Source: a virus
DNA: 64,000 bases
Strand: one strand, 5' to 3'
Virus record (IMG/VR): IMGVR_UViG_3300017917_002441
Span: 64,001 to 128,000 of that record
The notes below the pieces were generated by a model, which was given only the letters and a program-made list of their open reading frames with translations, searched no databases and was not told the DNA's origin. Each line of letters starts with the position of its first letter. Position 1 is the first letter of the stretch. Positions 1 through 9,847 of this stretch are shown here, one piece after another. The position numbers and the translations under genes are program-made.

Positions 1-2
1 CA

Positions 3-272
3 CTCAAGCTCAATTCAGGCGAAGAGCTAATTGCCAAAGTTGTAGCACGTACAGACCAATATCTAACTGTAGAAAGTCCTGTAAGCGTGGCCCCTGGGCC
101 GCAAGGCATGGGCTTGGTGCCAAGCTTGTTTACAGCTGATCCCCGTGAAAATGTCACAATAAATATTAACAGTGTAGCAGTTGTTGCCGTCACTGAAGAT
201 GCTGTCAAAATGAAATTCATTGAAGCAACCACTGGTATCAAGGTGCCAGATAAAAAGATCATTATGGGATAA
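3..272 (+). CDS. Sm-like domain phage protein (5' partial)
   Basis: Frame open from window edge: LKLNSGEELIAKV...ATTGIKVPDKKIIMG, typical of T4-like Sm-like proteins. Confidence 0.6.
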   Translation, partial: LKLNSGEELIAKVVARTDQYLTVESPVSVAPGPQGMGLVPSLFTADPRENVTININSVAVVAVTEDAVKMKFIEATTGIKVPDKKIIMG

Positions 273-273
273 T

Positions 274-561
274 ATGCCAGGAGTACAACGCAAGGGGGAT
301 CCAAATTCAGCAGGTGGTGTTGCCACAGGCGGAGTTTCATCAGTCAAAGTCAATGGTCGCCCCATAGTTGTCAATGGTATATCTGTGTCTCCGCACCCTT
401 GTTGCGGACAGCGTGGTTGTCCTCCCATACATTGCAGTGCAAAAACCACAGGTGGTGTCAGCAGTGTCAAGGCTGGCGGAATACCAATAATAGTAAACGG
501 TAACGCAGACACTTGCGGTCACCCAAGAACAGCCGGCAGCGGCGATGTGAGAGTAGGCTAA
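274..561 (+). CDS. PAAR-family baseplate spike tip protein (gp5.4-like)
   Basis: 95 aa; RKGD, VxVNG, H/C metal ligands, DTCGH...GSGDV. Confidence 0.85.
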   Translation: MPGVQRKGDPNSAGGVATGGVSSVKVNGRPIVVNGISVSPHPCCGQRGCPPIHCSAKTTGGVSSVKAGGIPIIVNGNADTCGHPRTAGSGDVRVG

Positions 562-562
562 C

Positions 563-1747
563 GTGGCAAACAATAACAACACCCCTATCAGTCCACTGAG
601 CTTAGAAGCTGGCGCTGGTTTATTAAACAATACCGGCGTCAAGCTTGGCGCCAATCTCACTGCCAACATCACTGCATATGAAACCACTAGCTTGGTTGCC
701 AAACTTTTGCAAATACAAACCTTGGCAGCCACAGCAAACATTTCATCTGGCACACGTACCAGTCTGCAAACCATGGGCGCCAGCAGTGTTCCGGCACTGG
801 GCGACTCAGTCCCAACTGCCAATCAAAACACACCGTATCCAGTGCCGCCACCTGGTGGTACTCCTTATTTGATTCCAGCCAGCAGTGCCAGTTTGTTCAG
901 CGGCATCATTAGAGGTATTGGTAACACGTATCTTGGCAATGGTGATCTTGGCAAATTTGCACAAGCATACTTTTCCAGTTCGGGATATATCAGTCTTATC
1001 AACCCTGTTATCTTATCAGCGGCCAATGCCAACAACTATCTTGGCCCTACGTTTACTGACATGGACAACTTAATCACAGGCGATCTTGCACAAGCAAACT
1101 TGGCGTTCCCTGCGTTTGGTGAAGACTTGTCCAATTTGGGGTTTGCATTGAATTTAAAAAATCTTGATGCCCTGGGGTCACCGGCAGCATTGTTGCAGGC
1201 CTTGAGCCAGGCTGGAAACATGCCCACAGGAACCACGCCAGCAGTCAAAGCCGCGCTGAACGCCGTGGGCGTAACTGATGCAGAAATAACTGACTTAGTT
1301 ACAAACAATGTGTACAGTTTGTTCAATCCTGACGGACTGACAGAACCCGAATTCAACGCACTGCAAAAACGTGCATATTCTGGCTTGTGTAATGTTACTG
1401 GTGCTGACCTGCAAGATGTGCTGAACATACTTGACTGTACCACTGCCAACATTACACAGATGTGCGAGTTGTTGAATCCAGTTAAACTATTCCCCAACAG
1501 CTTCTTGAGCATAACACTGCCCACACCCAATGGTTCAATACTGGTGTATGGACCTGATGGCAGTGTCAATAGCGACATTGAACCCATTGTAAATTCAGGC
1601 CAGTTGGCACCAGTGGGCTGTGACGAATTGGCCAAGATTGTACCGCCGGCCAATGCTGTGGGTAGCAAAGCATTGCAAATTGCGTTACAACAGGTCAAGA
1701 ACATTGGTAGCTTGACAGCACCTCAACTAGCGGCGGTATTGATATGA
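563..1747 (+). CDS. probable virion structural protein
   Basis: 394 aa, A/N/S/T/L-rich, starts 1 nt after the PAAR stop. Confidence 0.55.
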   Translation: MANNNNTPISPLSLEAGAGLLNNTGVKLGANLTANITAYETTSLVAKLLQIQTLAATANISSGTRTSLQTMGASSVPALGDSVPTANQNTPYPVPPPGGTPYLIPASSASLFSGIIRGIGNTYLGNGDLGKFAQAYFSSSGYISLINPVILSAANANNYLGPTFTDMDNLITGDLAQANLAFPAFGEDLSNLGFALNLKNLDALGSPAALLQALSQAGNMPTGTTPAVKAALNAVGVTDAEITDLVTNNVYSLFNPDGLTEPEFNALQKRAYSGLCNVTGADLQDVLNILDCTTANITQMCELLNPVKLFPNSFLSITLPTPNGSILVYGPDGSVNSDIEPIVNSGQLAPVGCDELAKIVPPANAVGSKALQIALQQVKNIGSLTAPQLAAVLI

Positions 1748-2580
1748 TCGAAAGTTTAAAGAATCTTCCGCTGTTACAGGCACAAACTCAGCCCTTGAGC
1801 TCGGCGTCGCAGAGTTTCTATGCCAATACTTTTGCCAGTGGCACTGGACCACAAGGTACTTTTACCATCACAGACTTTTTAGGCACTGCAATTGGTGTCA
1901 CTGTGGGTCCAATTTTTAAATCCACTGCTGATTTAATCTCATCACTGACTACAGCTGGTAGTCTAGCTGACTTGATTGAAATTTATGATGTCATGATTGG
2001 TTGCTTTCAAGGGCTTTATCCTGACCCACTCAATCCCCCCGACGGTATTGACATACCAGCGCCACTGCCTGGCGCAGGAATCTATGCTGACCTGGACAGT
2101 GCCATTACAGCTCTAGTGGCTTTGGCCAATGCAGAAATTACCAGTTTGGGAACCAGTCTTGGTGCCAATGCAACCGCACTCAACAGTAATTGGAATTCTA
2201 TTGTGAATCGAGTTGTGTACGAAGCCACAAACCAAAGCAAGGCCAGCTTGCAAATGTATGCTTTGATTCCCGGAGACAAAATGAGTGTCATGGCCCTGGT
2301 CACAGGATTAAACGGCATAGGCAATGAAACTGATTTGAATGGCCCAGCACAGTTTTTTGAAGAAATTGCTGACACAGCTGGACTGCCAGGACAAGCCATC
2401 ATTGGCGCATTACGTGAAGGAAGAAATGACACAGCTCTCAACAGTCAAGGACTTGGGCATGACAATGCAGTGTTGCCTACCCCCAGTGTAATACCACCGC
2501 CTGCGCCATTGCTGAATTCAGAATACACTGTAGCAGAAGCACGAGCATTTAATAGATTTAGGATCTTTAATAGACCTTGA
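1744..2580 (+). CDS. probable virion structural protein
   Basis: 278 aa, ATGA overlap with previous gene, similar composition. Confidence 0.55.
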   Translation: MIESLKNLPLLQAQTQPLSSASQSFYANTFASGTGPQGTFTITDFLGTAIGVTVGPIFKSTADLISSLTTAGSLADLIEIYDVMIGCFQGLYPDPLNPPDGIDIPAPLPGAGIYADLDSAITALVALANAEITSLGTSLGANATALNSNWNSIVNRVVYEATNQSKASLQMYALIPGDKMSVMALVTGLNGIGNETDLNGPAQFFEEIADTAGLPGQAIIGALREGRNDTALNSQGLGHDNAVLPTPSVIPPPAPLLNSEYTVAEARAFNRFRIFNRP

Positions 2581-2602
2581 TTTGTTGCATTTTTACAACA
2601 CC

Positions 2603-2633
2603 AAAAACCCTACTTTTTGTAGGGTTTTTCTTT
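2603..2633. terminator. intrinsic (possibly bidirectional) terminator
   Basis: AAAAACCCTAC-TTTTT-GTAGGGTTTTT perfect 11-bp stem with A/T tracts. Confidence 0.8.
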
Positions 2634-2635
2634 GG

Positions 2636-2692
2636 TTGACCAATATTTCCCAATTTGCTATAATAATGACATAGCGTAACAAAACAGGAGTT
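2636..2692 (+). promoter_or_regulatory. sigma70-type early promoter + RBS cassette (variant B)
   Basis: TTGACC-N17-TATAAT with TG extended -10, then TGACATAGCGTAAC..AACAGGAG, as at 51190. Confidence 0.85.
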
Positions 2693-2696
2693 CAAA

Positions 2697-2891
2697 ATGG
2701 CATTTGAAAAAACCATGCTTGCAGTGGCAGAAGATTGCGGACTGGAAGGCGCCTACTTTGCATACGGTACTATGTTTGTTCCAGTAGAAGGTGTAACAGA
2801 CGAAACTTTGGCCCGCTTCAAAGGCGAACTGGCTTACAACAAGATCCAAGTCTGCACAGCTGGCGACGAAGTAGCAATTGACTTCGTTTGA
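2697..2891 (+). CDS. hypothetical early protein
   Basis: 64 aa, AGGAG RBS, own promoter. Confidence 0.7.
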   Translation: MAFEKTMLAVAEDCGLEGAYFAYGTMFVPVEGVTDETLARFKGELAYNKIQVCTAGDEVAIDFV

Positions 2892-2940
2892 CCAATTAAT
2901 CCCATTTTGCTATAATATAGGTATAGTGAACAACAAGGAG
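2888..2940 (+). promoter_or_regulatory. sigma70-type early promoter + RBS cassette (variant A)
   Basis: TTGACC-N17-TATAAT-ATAGGTATAGTG..AAGGAG. Confidence 0.85.
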
Positions 2941-2945
2941 CCGCA

Positions 2946-3227
2946 ATGACTTACGCAACTATTCAAGAAATCAACAGCTCAATCATGTTTGGCGAGCTTA
3001 CTAATGATCAACTGGATTCTGTAATCTCAGCAGTGAAGTACGCTCGTGCTCAAATCACTAAACAAAACGCCCGCACCTTGCGCATTGGTGCCAATGTAAA
3101 ATTTACTAGCCACCGGACTGGTCAGACCATTACCGGCACAGTAGAATCAATCAAAATTAAAAACGTTATTGTCAGCACTTCCCTGGGCCGCTATCGTGTG
3201 CCAGCTAACATGCTGGAGGCAATATGA
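2946..3227 (+). CDS. hypothetical early protein (SH3/KOW-like C-terminus)
   Basis: 93 aa, strong RBS. Confidence 0.7.
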   Translation: MTYATIQEINSSIMFGELTNDQLDSVISAVKYARAQITKQNARTLRIGANVKFTSHRTGQTITGTVESIKIKNVIVSTSLGRYRVPANMLEAI

Positions 3228-3388
3228 AGACTTTTCGTGCATGGGTGCATGAGTTGTGGTTGCAAAACTGCGACGAACTGTTTGAGTTTCATCAAATGCC
3301 CTATGATCAAAAAGAATATTTCAACAAATACAAGTATTGGCTAAAACGAGAGTATCGTTTTCAAAGGAGTAAACAACATGGGTCTTGA
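3224..3388 (+). CDS. small hypothetical protein (not in ORF track)
   Basis: 54 aa MKTFRAWVHELW..., GGAGG RBS, ATGA overlap. Confidence 0.6.
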   Translation: MKTFRAWVHELWLQNCDELFEFHQMPYDQKEYFNKYKYWLKREYRFQRSKQHGS

Positions 3389-3794
3389 TATGTACGCATA
3401 CGTGGCACACCGTGCCGGTCAGCGAAACGATTTCTATGAGGGCGGAGATTTTGATCCCGATACTCACGATTTTAAAAACCCTGCTGTACCAAAGCCACGT
3501 GAAATTGCTTATTGGCGCAAGCATCCTAATCTGCATGGTTGGATGCGTCAACTGTGGGAAAGCAAAGGCAACGAAGGCGAGTTCAACGGTGACGAGCTGG
3601 AACTTACCCGCGAAGACATTGACCAGCTGGAGCAAGATATTCTTGATGGCACCGTGGCTGGCATCAGCGAAATAGGTTTTTTCTTTGGTAACCCTTCAGA
3701 CGACTACTACCGTGAACAAGATCTTGAGTTTGTCAAGAATGCACGAGCTGAGTTGTTCATGGGCTTCAAAGTGTTTTACAATAGCTCTTGGTAA
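3378..3794 (+). CDS. conserved phage hypothetical (MGLDMY...YWRK...HGW type)
   Basis: 138 aa, recognisable phage motifs, RBS AAGGAG. Confidence 0.7.
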   Translation: MGLDMYAYVAHRAGQRNDFYEGGDFDPDTHDFKNPAVPKPREIAYWRKHPNLHGWMRQLWESKGNEGEFNGDELELTREDIDQLEQDILDGTVAGISEIGFFFGNPSDDYYREQDLEFVKNARAELFMGFKVFYNSSW

Positions 3795-3803
3795 GGAACA
3801 GCA

Positions 3804-4025
3804 ATGCCTACAGTAGAAACTTATGTTGAAGTTGACGTTGAACTCGACGACTTTGACGATGATGACCTTATTGAAGAACTGGAACGGCGAGGACTTGGGC
3901 TTGAAATTGCAAACCAAAGCGGTACTGAATTGATTACCGCAATATTTGAAAAGCGCCGCATGGGTCGTGACTATCAGCGCGAGCTTGATGAACTAATTTA
4001 CATGGGCATTGGGAGATTTGTTTGA
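3804..4025 (+). CDS. acidic hypothetical protein
   Basis: 73 aa, RBS AAGGA. Confidence 0.65.
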   Translation: MPTVETYVEVDVELDDFDDDDLIEELERRGLGLEIANQSGTELITAIFEKRRMGRDYQRELDELIYMGIGRFV

Positions 4026-4480
4026 AAGAAATATTCTACAAAAAGGTAGGCCGCAGGTACGTTCCTGTTAGCGAGTATGACAGTGACTTGATGAGTGCGT
4101 TTCCCAAAGGCGCACACTTGGTGATGACATACCCTGGCGGCCGTAGCACACGATACAATGTTGACATTGCTTATGCTCCCATGCTTGCGGCTGCACGTTC
4201 GGCAGAAGATCGCATTGCCAATGCCATTGTCAAGGCATCTGAAATGCGTCCAAGTAAAACGCCAGTGACTGAATCTCAAGCACGTGCCTGGCGCAAGCTA
4301 CAAAAAGAATTTGGCGACGAACGTTATGCAGTACAGATTCCTGCCGCACGTGACATTGCCGAAGCTGGCGTGCAGGCCATGATGGAAGAAGCACATGAGC
4401 TTATGGCAAATCCTGTAGTACGCAAGGCCTACGATGAGTTTATGTTAGTATGTAAATTGGCCTCAACGGAGAGTAAATAA
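4022..4480 (+). CDS. hypothetical protein
   Basis: 152 aa, coupled to neighbours. Confidence 0.65.
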   Translation: MKEIFYKKVGRRYVPVSEYDSDLMSAFPKGAHLVMTYPGGRSTRYNVDIAYAPMLAAARSAEDRIANAIVKASEMRPSKTPVTESQARAWRKLQKEFGDERYAVQIPAARDIAEAGVQAMMEEAHELMANPVVRKAYDEFMLVCKLASTESK

Positions 4481-5853
4481 TGATAGATGTACAAGACGCA
4501 CGTTTTGAGGGACTGAAGTTGGCCGCAGACTGGATCCGAGATCTCGAAAGCTCTGATAGCCGTATTCACAAAGAGAAAGTCATTGAAAAAGCTTTGATGG
4601 CTGCAAAATTGGGCAGTGCCAATGCCCAATGTTTTTTGTTCAACTGCTACCAGGCATACAATCCTTTCTACACGTTCAACATTCGGCAAGTGCCAGATAC
4701 TGAAGGTCTAGAAGGGCGTGCCAATCCGTGGCCACGTTTCTGGGCACTGCTGGAAAGTCTGCGCACTCGTTCAGTGACTGGCAACAATGCTCGCCAAGCC
4801 ATTGATGACCTTAGCCAAGACTTTGATAGCGAAGAGTGGAATCTAATCTGCGCACGTGTTATTCGCAAAGATCTTCGATGTGGCATCAGTGAAAAGACTT
4901 TGAACAAAATCCTTGGCAAGACTGAGTGGAAGATTCCTGTGTTCAGTTGCCAACTGGCGCAAGACAGCACAGATCAGCCTAAGAAAATGCGTGGCACCAA
5001 ACGACTAGAAGTCAAGCTGGACGGTGTGCGTGTGCTGGCCGTGGTGCAAGGCATGAGTGTAAGCTTGTTCAGTCGCAACGGCAAAGAGTTTGCTAACTTC
5101 CCACAAATTGCCAAGGCAATTCAAGTGCATCGTTCAGCGTTTCAAAGTCACTTGGGTTCAGGTGGTCGCTTTGTGTTGGACGGTGAGATTGTGGGCGAAA
5201 GCTTTCAAAAGCTCATGAAGCAAGCACATCGCAAAAGCGATGCCGAAACAGATGGCATGGTGTATCACATCTTTGACATTCTGCCCTTGGATGACTTTCA
5301 ACGTGGCTTCTGGAATGCGCAACAGCAAAAACGATTGGACATTCTAGATCGTGCTCGTGGCAAATTGGAAGAAGATTCTGACTGTTTGCGCATCATGCCT
5401 GGCCTAGACGTAAACTTGGACACCAGCGAAGGGCATGACATCATGCGCCGCTTTGCAGAAGATGCAGTGGACCAAGGCTTTGAAGGTATCATGATCAAAG
5501 ACATTGGCGCACCGTATGAGTGTAAGCGTAGTAGTTTTTGGATGAAGTGGAAGCCCACAATCAGCGTTGATTTGGAAATCGTGGGATTTGAAGAAGGCAC
5601 TGGGCGCAATGCTGGTCGCTTGGGTGCAATTATTTGCGAAGGAGTTGACAATGGACGTAACATTCGTGTTAATGTTGGTAGCGGTTTGTCTGATAGCGAT
5701 CGTGATGAGTATTGGGACGCCCGCGATAACTTACTTGGTCACTTGGTTGAAGTCCAAGCTGATGCGGTAACACAAAACCAAGACGGCAGCTACAGTCTGC
5801 GGTTCCCAAGGTTCCTGCGGTTCCGTGATATTGAAGCAGGAGACAAAATCTAA
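4480..5853 (+). CDS. lig: ATP-dependent DNA ligase
   Basis: KLDGVR adenylation motif, LDGE, FD, EGIMIK, KWK, SLRFPRF. Confidence 0.95.
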   Translation: MIDVQDARFEGLKLAADWIRDLESSDSRIHKEKVIEKALMAAKLGSANAQCFLFNCYQAYNPFYTFNIRQVPDTEGLEGRANPWPRFWALLESLRTRSVTGNNARQAIDDLSQDFDSEEWNLICARVIRKDLRCGISEKTLNKILGKTEWKIPVFSCQLAQDSTDQPKKMRGTKRLEVKLDGVRVLAVVQGMSVSLFSRNGKEFANFPQIAKAIQVHRSAFQSHLGSGGRFVLDGEIVGESFQKLMKQAHRKSDAETDGMVYHIFDILPLDDFQRGFWNAQQQKRLDILDRARGKLEEDSDCLRIMPGLDVNLDTSEGHDIMRRFAEDAVDQGFEGIMIKDIGAPYECKRSSFWMKWKPTISVDLEIVGFEEGTGRNAGRLGAIICEGVDNGRNIRVNVGSGLSDSDRDEYWDARDNLLGHLVEVQADAVTQNQDGSYSLRFPRFLRFRDIEAGDKI

Positions 5854-6092
5854 TGGGCAATTTAGCTGACTATTTTTTCAACAATCGCTACAAGCCCCGT
5901 TGGCACATTGGCGATCGGGTGCAAGGCAAATGGAACAAAATTCCGTTTAGAGGTACAGTGGGTAATGACACCTTGATTAACGAAACTCAAGGCCCCAGAG
6001 TCACTGTGCATTTGGATTTGCCTATTTTGCTCAAAAGCGAATTGCACAGAATCATATTTGTCAAGCCGGACGAACTGAAAGAATTTAAATGA
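5853..6092 (+). CDS. hypothetical protein
   Basis: 79 aa, TAATG coupling. Confidence 0.6.
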   Translation: MGNLADYFFNNRYKPRWHIGDRVQGKWNKIPFRGTVGNDTLINETQGPRVTVHLDLPILLKSELHRIIFVKPDELKEFK

Positions 6093-6385
6093 TTCAAGCA
6101 ACACTGCAAGTTGGTACACCTTGGCATCTAGAGTTTTTTAAAAACCTAGGATGCCTACACGGTAGTATCACCAAACACAAATACTGGGAATTGGAACACA
6201 CTTACTACAGCGATGTTTTGCTGGACGTCAATGTGCAATTTAACAATCGCACAGACCATAGTGGATTATCAATCACAGTTGGTGTACTGGGGTATGGCAT
6301 TAGTTTTAAAATCTATGACCATCGTCACTGGGACTATGAAAACAACTGCTGGGAAGATCATGAGCAACACCCCCGAGCATCGTGA
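6089..6385 (+). CDS. hypothetical protein
   Basis: 98 aa, ATGA overlap. Confidence 0.6.
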   Translation: MIQATLQVGTPWHLEFFKNLGCLHGSITKHKYWELEHTYYSDVLLDVNVQFNNRTDHSGLSITVGVLGYGISFKIYDHRHWDYENNCWEDHEQHPRAS

Positions 6386-6602
6386 CATTTTGGGACAGCC
6401 CTTGGCCATAGGCGACTGTGTGGTATATCCGTCTAGCAATGCCATGTACGTGGGCACTATTGTTAAATTGAATCCAAAAATGATCAAGGTTCGCCGTGTG
6501 GGCACCAGATCAAACTGGGAACAAAATAAATATCCCGATGACCTTGCCAAGGTCAGTGGTGCCGAAGTCACTATGTATTTGTTGAAAAACAACGCTGGTT
6601 GA
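6360..6602 (+). CDS. hypothetical SH3-like protein
   Basis: Start reassigned to MSNTPEHRDILGQPLAIGD. Confidence 0.6.
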   Translation: MSNTPEHRDILGQPLAIGDCVVYPSSNAMYVGTIVKLNPKMIKVRRVGTRSNWEQNKYPDDLAKVSGAEVTMYLLKNNAG

Positions 6603-6627
6603 CACAGTTATTCGATATTGTTATAAT
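6599..6627 (+). promoter_or_regulatory. sigma70 promoter
   Basis: TTGACA-N17-TATAAT. Confidence 0.8.
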
Positions 6628-6633
6628 ATTGAC

Positions 6634-6858
6634 ATGGCATACAATACTCCCCAAACTCCTGACGACACTGAGTACTCGTTTATTCAACCCCCTAGCAGTA
6701 TTTCTTGCATGGCCGGCAGTGAAGAAATGTTCAGGGTTGGGCCTGATGGGTTTTGGGTACGTGGGACAAAGGTGCCGCAAGATGAGCACGAAGCTCAAGC
6801 CGTGTACCAGGCATTCAAAGAGTTTTTGACTTGGGCACAGCTAACTAGACCGTATTAA
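6634..6858 (+). CDS. hypothetical protein (possibly leaderless)
   Basis: 74 aa, ATG 6 nt after -10 box. Confidence 0.6.
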   Translation: MAYNTPQTPDDTEYSFIQPPSSISCMAGSEEMFRVGPDGFWVRGTKVPQDEHEAQAVYQAFKEFLTWAQLTRPY

Positions 6859-6875
6859 TTAAACAAGGAGCAATT

Positions 6876-7550
6876 ATGTACGCAACTTCAACATATCGTT
6901 CTGCTGGGCAGATCAACTCAGCAATGAGCCGTGTGTATGGACACATGGGACTGGCAGTGATTACATCAATGATTGTGAGTTTCTTAGTGGGCAACAGTGC
7001 CGCACTAATGGCATTCTTTTTCACTGGTGTAATGAAATGGATTGTAATTTTCGCACCTCTCATTGCCATTCTTGGCGTTACCTTTGCCGCAGACAAGATG
7101 AGCAAAAGTGCGTTGACTATTTTCTTACATGGCTTTGCCGCATTAATGGGCCTGAGCTTTGCAACAATTTTTGTGGTGTATAACCTAGGATCAATTGTGT
7201 CAGCGTTCATGGCCGCGGCTGTGTTGTTTGGTACCATGAGTTTTTACGGATACTTTACTAAAAAGAACTTGGACTCCATTGGACAGTTCTTGTTTGTGGG
7301 ATTGATTGCAATCATCATTGCCAGCATCATTAATATCTTTATTGGATCAACAGTGATGCAAATGGTTATCTCAGCTATTGCTGTGATTGTGTTCCTGGGC
7401 CTAACTGCTTACGACACACAAAAAATCCGCAAACTTGTGAGCGTGGACAACGACGGCAAAGCTGAAATCTTTGGCGCACTTACACTGTATCTAGACTTTA
7501 TCAACTTGTTCTTGAGCTTGTTGCAACTGTTTGGTGGTCGCAAGGATTAA
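6876..7550 (+). CDS. Bax inhibitor-1/YccA family membrane protein
   Basis: About 7 TM segments, AYDTQ and LYLDFINLFL signatures. Confidence 0.92.
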   Translation: MYATSTYRSAGQINSAMSRVYGHMGLAVITSMIVSFLVGNSAALMAFFFTGVMKWIVIFAPLIAILGVTFAADKMSKSALTIFLHGFAALMGLSFATIFVVYNLGSIVSAFMAAAVLFGTMSFYGYFTKKNLDSIGQFLFVGLIAIIIASIINIFIGSTVMQMVISAIAVIVFLGLTAYDTQKIRKLVSVDNDGKAEIFGALTLYLDFINLFLSLLQLFGGRKD

Positions 7551-7553
7551 CAC

Positions 7554-7946
7554 ATGGGTGCCGAACATACAGAACTAATTGAACATCTCAAGGGTGTCCG
7601 GCACATTGTAATCAACGCATGCCATGGCGGGTTTGGGCTCAGTCCCGACGCCATGCGCATGTATCTAACCAAGGCTGGACTTGAATACACCGAAGAAGAC
7701 CGTGGAGATCGATTCAGTACCACAACGTTTGGCCCACTCTTTTTTGTCAACGGGGAGTTTTTTAGCGATCGAGAAATTGCTAGAGACGATCCTATATTGA
7801 TTTCTGTTGTACGTGAACTAGGAGAAGAAGCTCCTGGTCGACACGCCGAACTCAAAATTCTAACAATACCTGCTGACGTGGATTGGCAAATCGACGAATA
7901 TGATGGTTGGGAATGGATAGCCGAAAAGCACCGCACTTGGTCATAA
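7554..7946 (+). CDS. conserved phage hypothetical
   Basis: VINxCHGGFGLS...RDDP...EYDGxE motifs. Confidence 0.7.
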   Translation: MGAEHTELIEHLKGVRHIVINACHGGFGLSPDAMRMYLTKAGLEYTEEDRGDRFSTTTFGPLFFVNGEFFSDREIARDDPILISVVRELGEEAPGRHAELKILTIPADVDWQIDEYDGWEWIAEKHRTWS

Positions 7947-7949
7947 TAG

Positions 7950-7978
7950 TTGACACCTCCAACAGTTTATCATATAAT
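7950..7978 (+). promoter_or_regulatory. sigma70 promoter of the structured RNA
   Basis: TTGACA-N17-TATAAT. Confidence 0.85.
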
Positions 7979-7983
7979 ATTAA

Positions 7984-8140
7984 GGCATGCTCAAGGAGAT
8001 TGTGCTTTCTAATGGGCCAGAGGGAGAAGCTAGCTTTGACCGGACCCAATGGTTGCCGTGACATGTAGATGTAAGTCACATAGGCTGAGACACTGTCCTT
8101 GAGAAATCAAAACCTGGGCTGGTACCCCGGGGGTATGTCC
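7984..8140 (+). ncRNA. candidate structured ncRNA or cis-regulatory leader
   Basis: Starts 5 nt after -10; closing helix GGCATGC/GTATGTC, TCAAGGA/TCCTTGA, GTGAC/GTCAC, CCTGGG/CCCGGG. Confidence 0.55.
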
Positions 8141-8169
8141 ATAAGGAAATAACAGTGAAAGGATGTAGT

Positions 8170-8478
8170 ATGTCTGTTGATATCGAGGCCCCTGCGCAGA
8201 GCATGCCGAAGTCACTCGACTCTCTTAAAATAACGCCCGAGAGCATGCACCGAATTTACTTTGAGTTGAGTAACGAAAAATCTTGGTACTCGCTCATGGC
8301 TGAAGCCCGAACTTGGTTTGGCAAAAACTGGCGCACTCAACCCCGCGTCAAACGCAAATTCCAAAAATATGCCATAGTTCCATCAGTTAAAATATGGTTT
8401 GACGTTCCAGACCCCAAGTTTGGGACATGGGTAGCCGTTAAACTAGCCGTAAGACAGGTGGAAGGCCCCAATAAATAA
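8170..8478 (+). CDS. hypothetical protein
   Basis: Start MSVDIEAP after AAGGA. Confidence 0.6.
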   Translation: MSVDIEAPAQSMPKSLDSLKITPESMHRIYFELSNEKSWYSLMAEARTWFGKNWRTQPRVKRKFQKYAIVPSVKIWFDVPDPKFGTWVAVKLAVRQVEGPNK

Positions 8479-8482
8479 ATCT

Positions 8483-9847
8483 ATGATCTTGAGTTATTGG
8501 ACCCTTGCTGTAGCACTGTCCTTGAGCCTGGTGGCTGCTTGGTATAGTATCGCTGGCCTTGCGGCCATTTTTGCCGCGGCAGTAATGCCCATTGTAATCA
8601 TGGGCGGTATCATGGAAGTGGCCAAGATCACTGTTACAATATGGTTGCACGAATACTGGCAATACGCCAAACGTGCCATGAAGATACAGCTCACTATTTC
8701 AGTGGTGTTGTTGATGTTTATTACCAGCATGGGCATTTTTGGTTTCCTAAGCAAGGCACACACAGATCAAAGTTTAATAAGTGGCGATGTACAAAGTAAG
8801 ATTGCAATATATGATGAAAAAATCAAAACTGCTCGAGAGAATATTGAAGCCAACCGCAGACAACTCAAACAAATGGATGAGGCTGTGGACCAAGTCATGG
8901 CACGAAGCACAACAGAAGAAGGTGCGTCAAAAGCGAATGCTATACGCAAATCTCAGCAAAGGGATCGTACTAGTCTTGCCAAAGACATTGAAGCCAACCA
9001 GAAGCTCATTGCTACTCTTAATGACGAAGCCGCACCTATTCGAGCAGAAGTACGTAAAGTAGAAGCCGAGGTTGGGCCAATCAAATACATTGCCGCCTTG
9101 GTTTATGGTGATAATCCCGACGCAAACTTACTAGAAAAAGCTGTACGCTGGGTAATAATTTTATTGGTTATAGTGTTTGATCCTTTGGCCATTGCCATGG
9201 TGTTGGCAGCCACGGAGAGTTTGAAATGGGAACGACAGCGAGTATTTGACGCCCTAAACGTTGTGCCTGAAGAAGCCAAAGATGACCCAACACCTGAACC
9301 TGCCCCAGTTGATGACCCGCCGACCGACAGTTGGCAAGAACGCACTGATGAATTACTGGAAATATTCAAAGACCAACCAACTCATTTGGATCCAGAACCA
9401 ACAACTGAGATCGACGATGAGCAAGAAACTCCAGAAATAAAAGAAGCCATGCGCCGTTGGAAAGAAGCTAACCCTGGGGACACACTCAAGCATCAACGTG
9501 CATTGTTAGAACAAGGCAAGATCAAAGAGTTGCCTTGGATGCAGTTGATTGCTGACAATGCTTTACCAAGAGAACCCAAGTCTAGATTTGGTACACGTTT
9601 CCCGGATGATCCCATCAAAGGCGATAGCTTTGTTAGAGTTGACCAGCTTCCCACTGTGTTGTATAAATTCAACGGAAAAGACTGGATTCAAGTTGACAAA
9701 AGTTTAACAGACAACTATACTTACGATACAGCCTACATTGATCACTTGATAGAAAAAATCAGCTCAGGTGAGCTTGATATTGAACTATTGAGCGACAGTG
9801 AACGTGAGCAAATTACTCAACAACTTCAAACTCGTACAAATCAATGA
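8483..9847 (+). CDS. membrane protein with coiled coil and acidic/Pro linker
   Basis: 3 N-terminal TMs, GIFGFLSKAH, EVGPIKY, VFDPLAI; ATAAATA late-type promoter upstream. Confidence 0.75.
   Translation: MILSYWTLAVALSLSLVAAWYSIAGLAAIFAAAVMPIVIMGGIMEVAKITVTIWLHEYWQYAKRAMKIQLTISVVLLMFITSMGIFGFLSKAHTDQSLISGDVQSKIAIYDEKIKTARENIEANRRQLKQMDEAVDQVMARSTTEEGASKANAIRKSQQRDRTSLAKDIEANQKLIATLNDEAAPIRAEVRKVEAEVGPIKYIAALVYGDNPDANLLEKAVRWVIILLVIVFDPLAIAMVLAATESLKWERQRVFDALNVVPEEAKDDPTPEPAPVDDPPTDSWQERTDELLEIFKDQPTHLDPEPTTEIDDEQETPEIKEAMRRWKEANPGDTLKHQRALLEQGKIKELPWMQLIADNALPREPKSRFGTRFPDDPIKGDSFVRVDQLPTVLYKFNGKDWIQVDKSLTDNYTYDTAYIDHLIEKISSGELDIELLSDSEREQITQQLQTRTNQ

Noticed and set aside
563-2580. Frameshifted single gene or pseudogene
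   Set aside because: The ATGA overlap is ordinary translational coupling and no slippery site is evident; it cannot be fully excluded without homologue alignment.
7984-8140. Canonical TPP riboswitch
   Set aside because: It lacks the pyrophosphate-sensor arm consensus, and the downstream gene is not thiamine-related; kept only as an unknown RNA.
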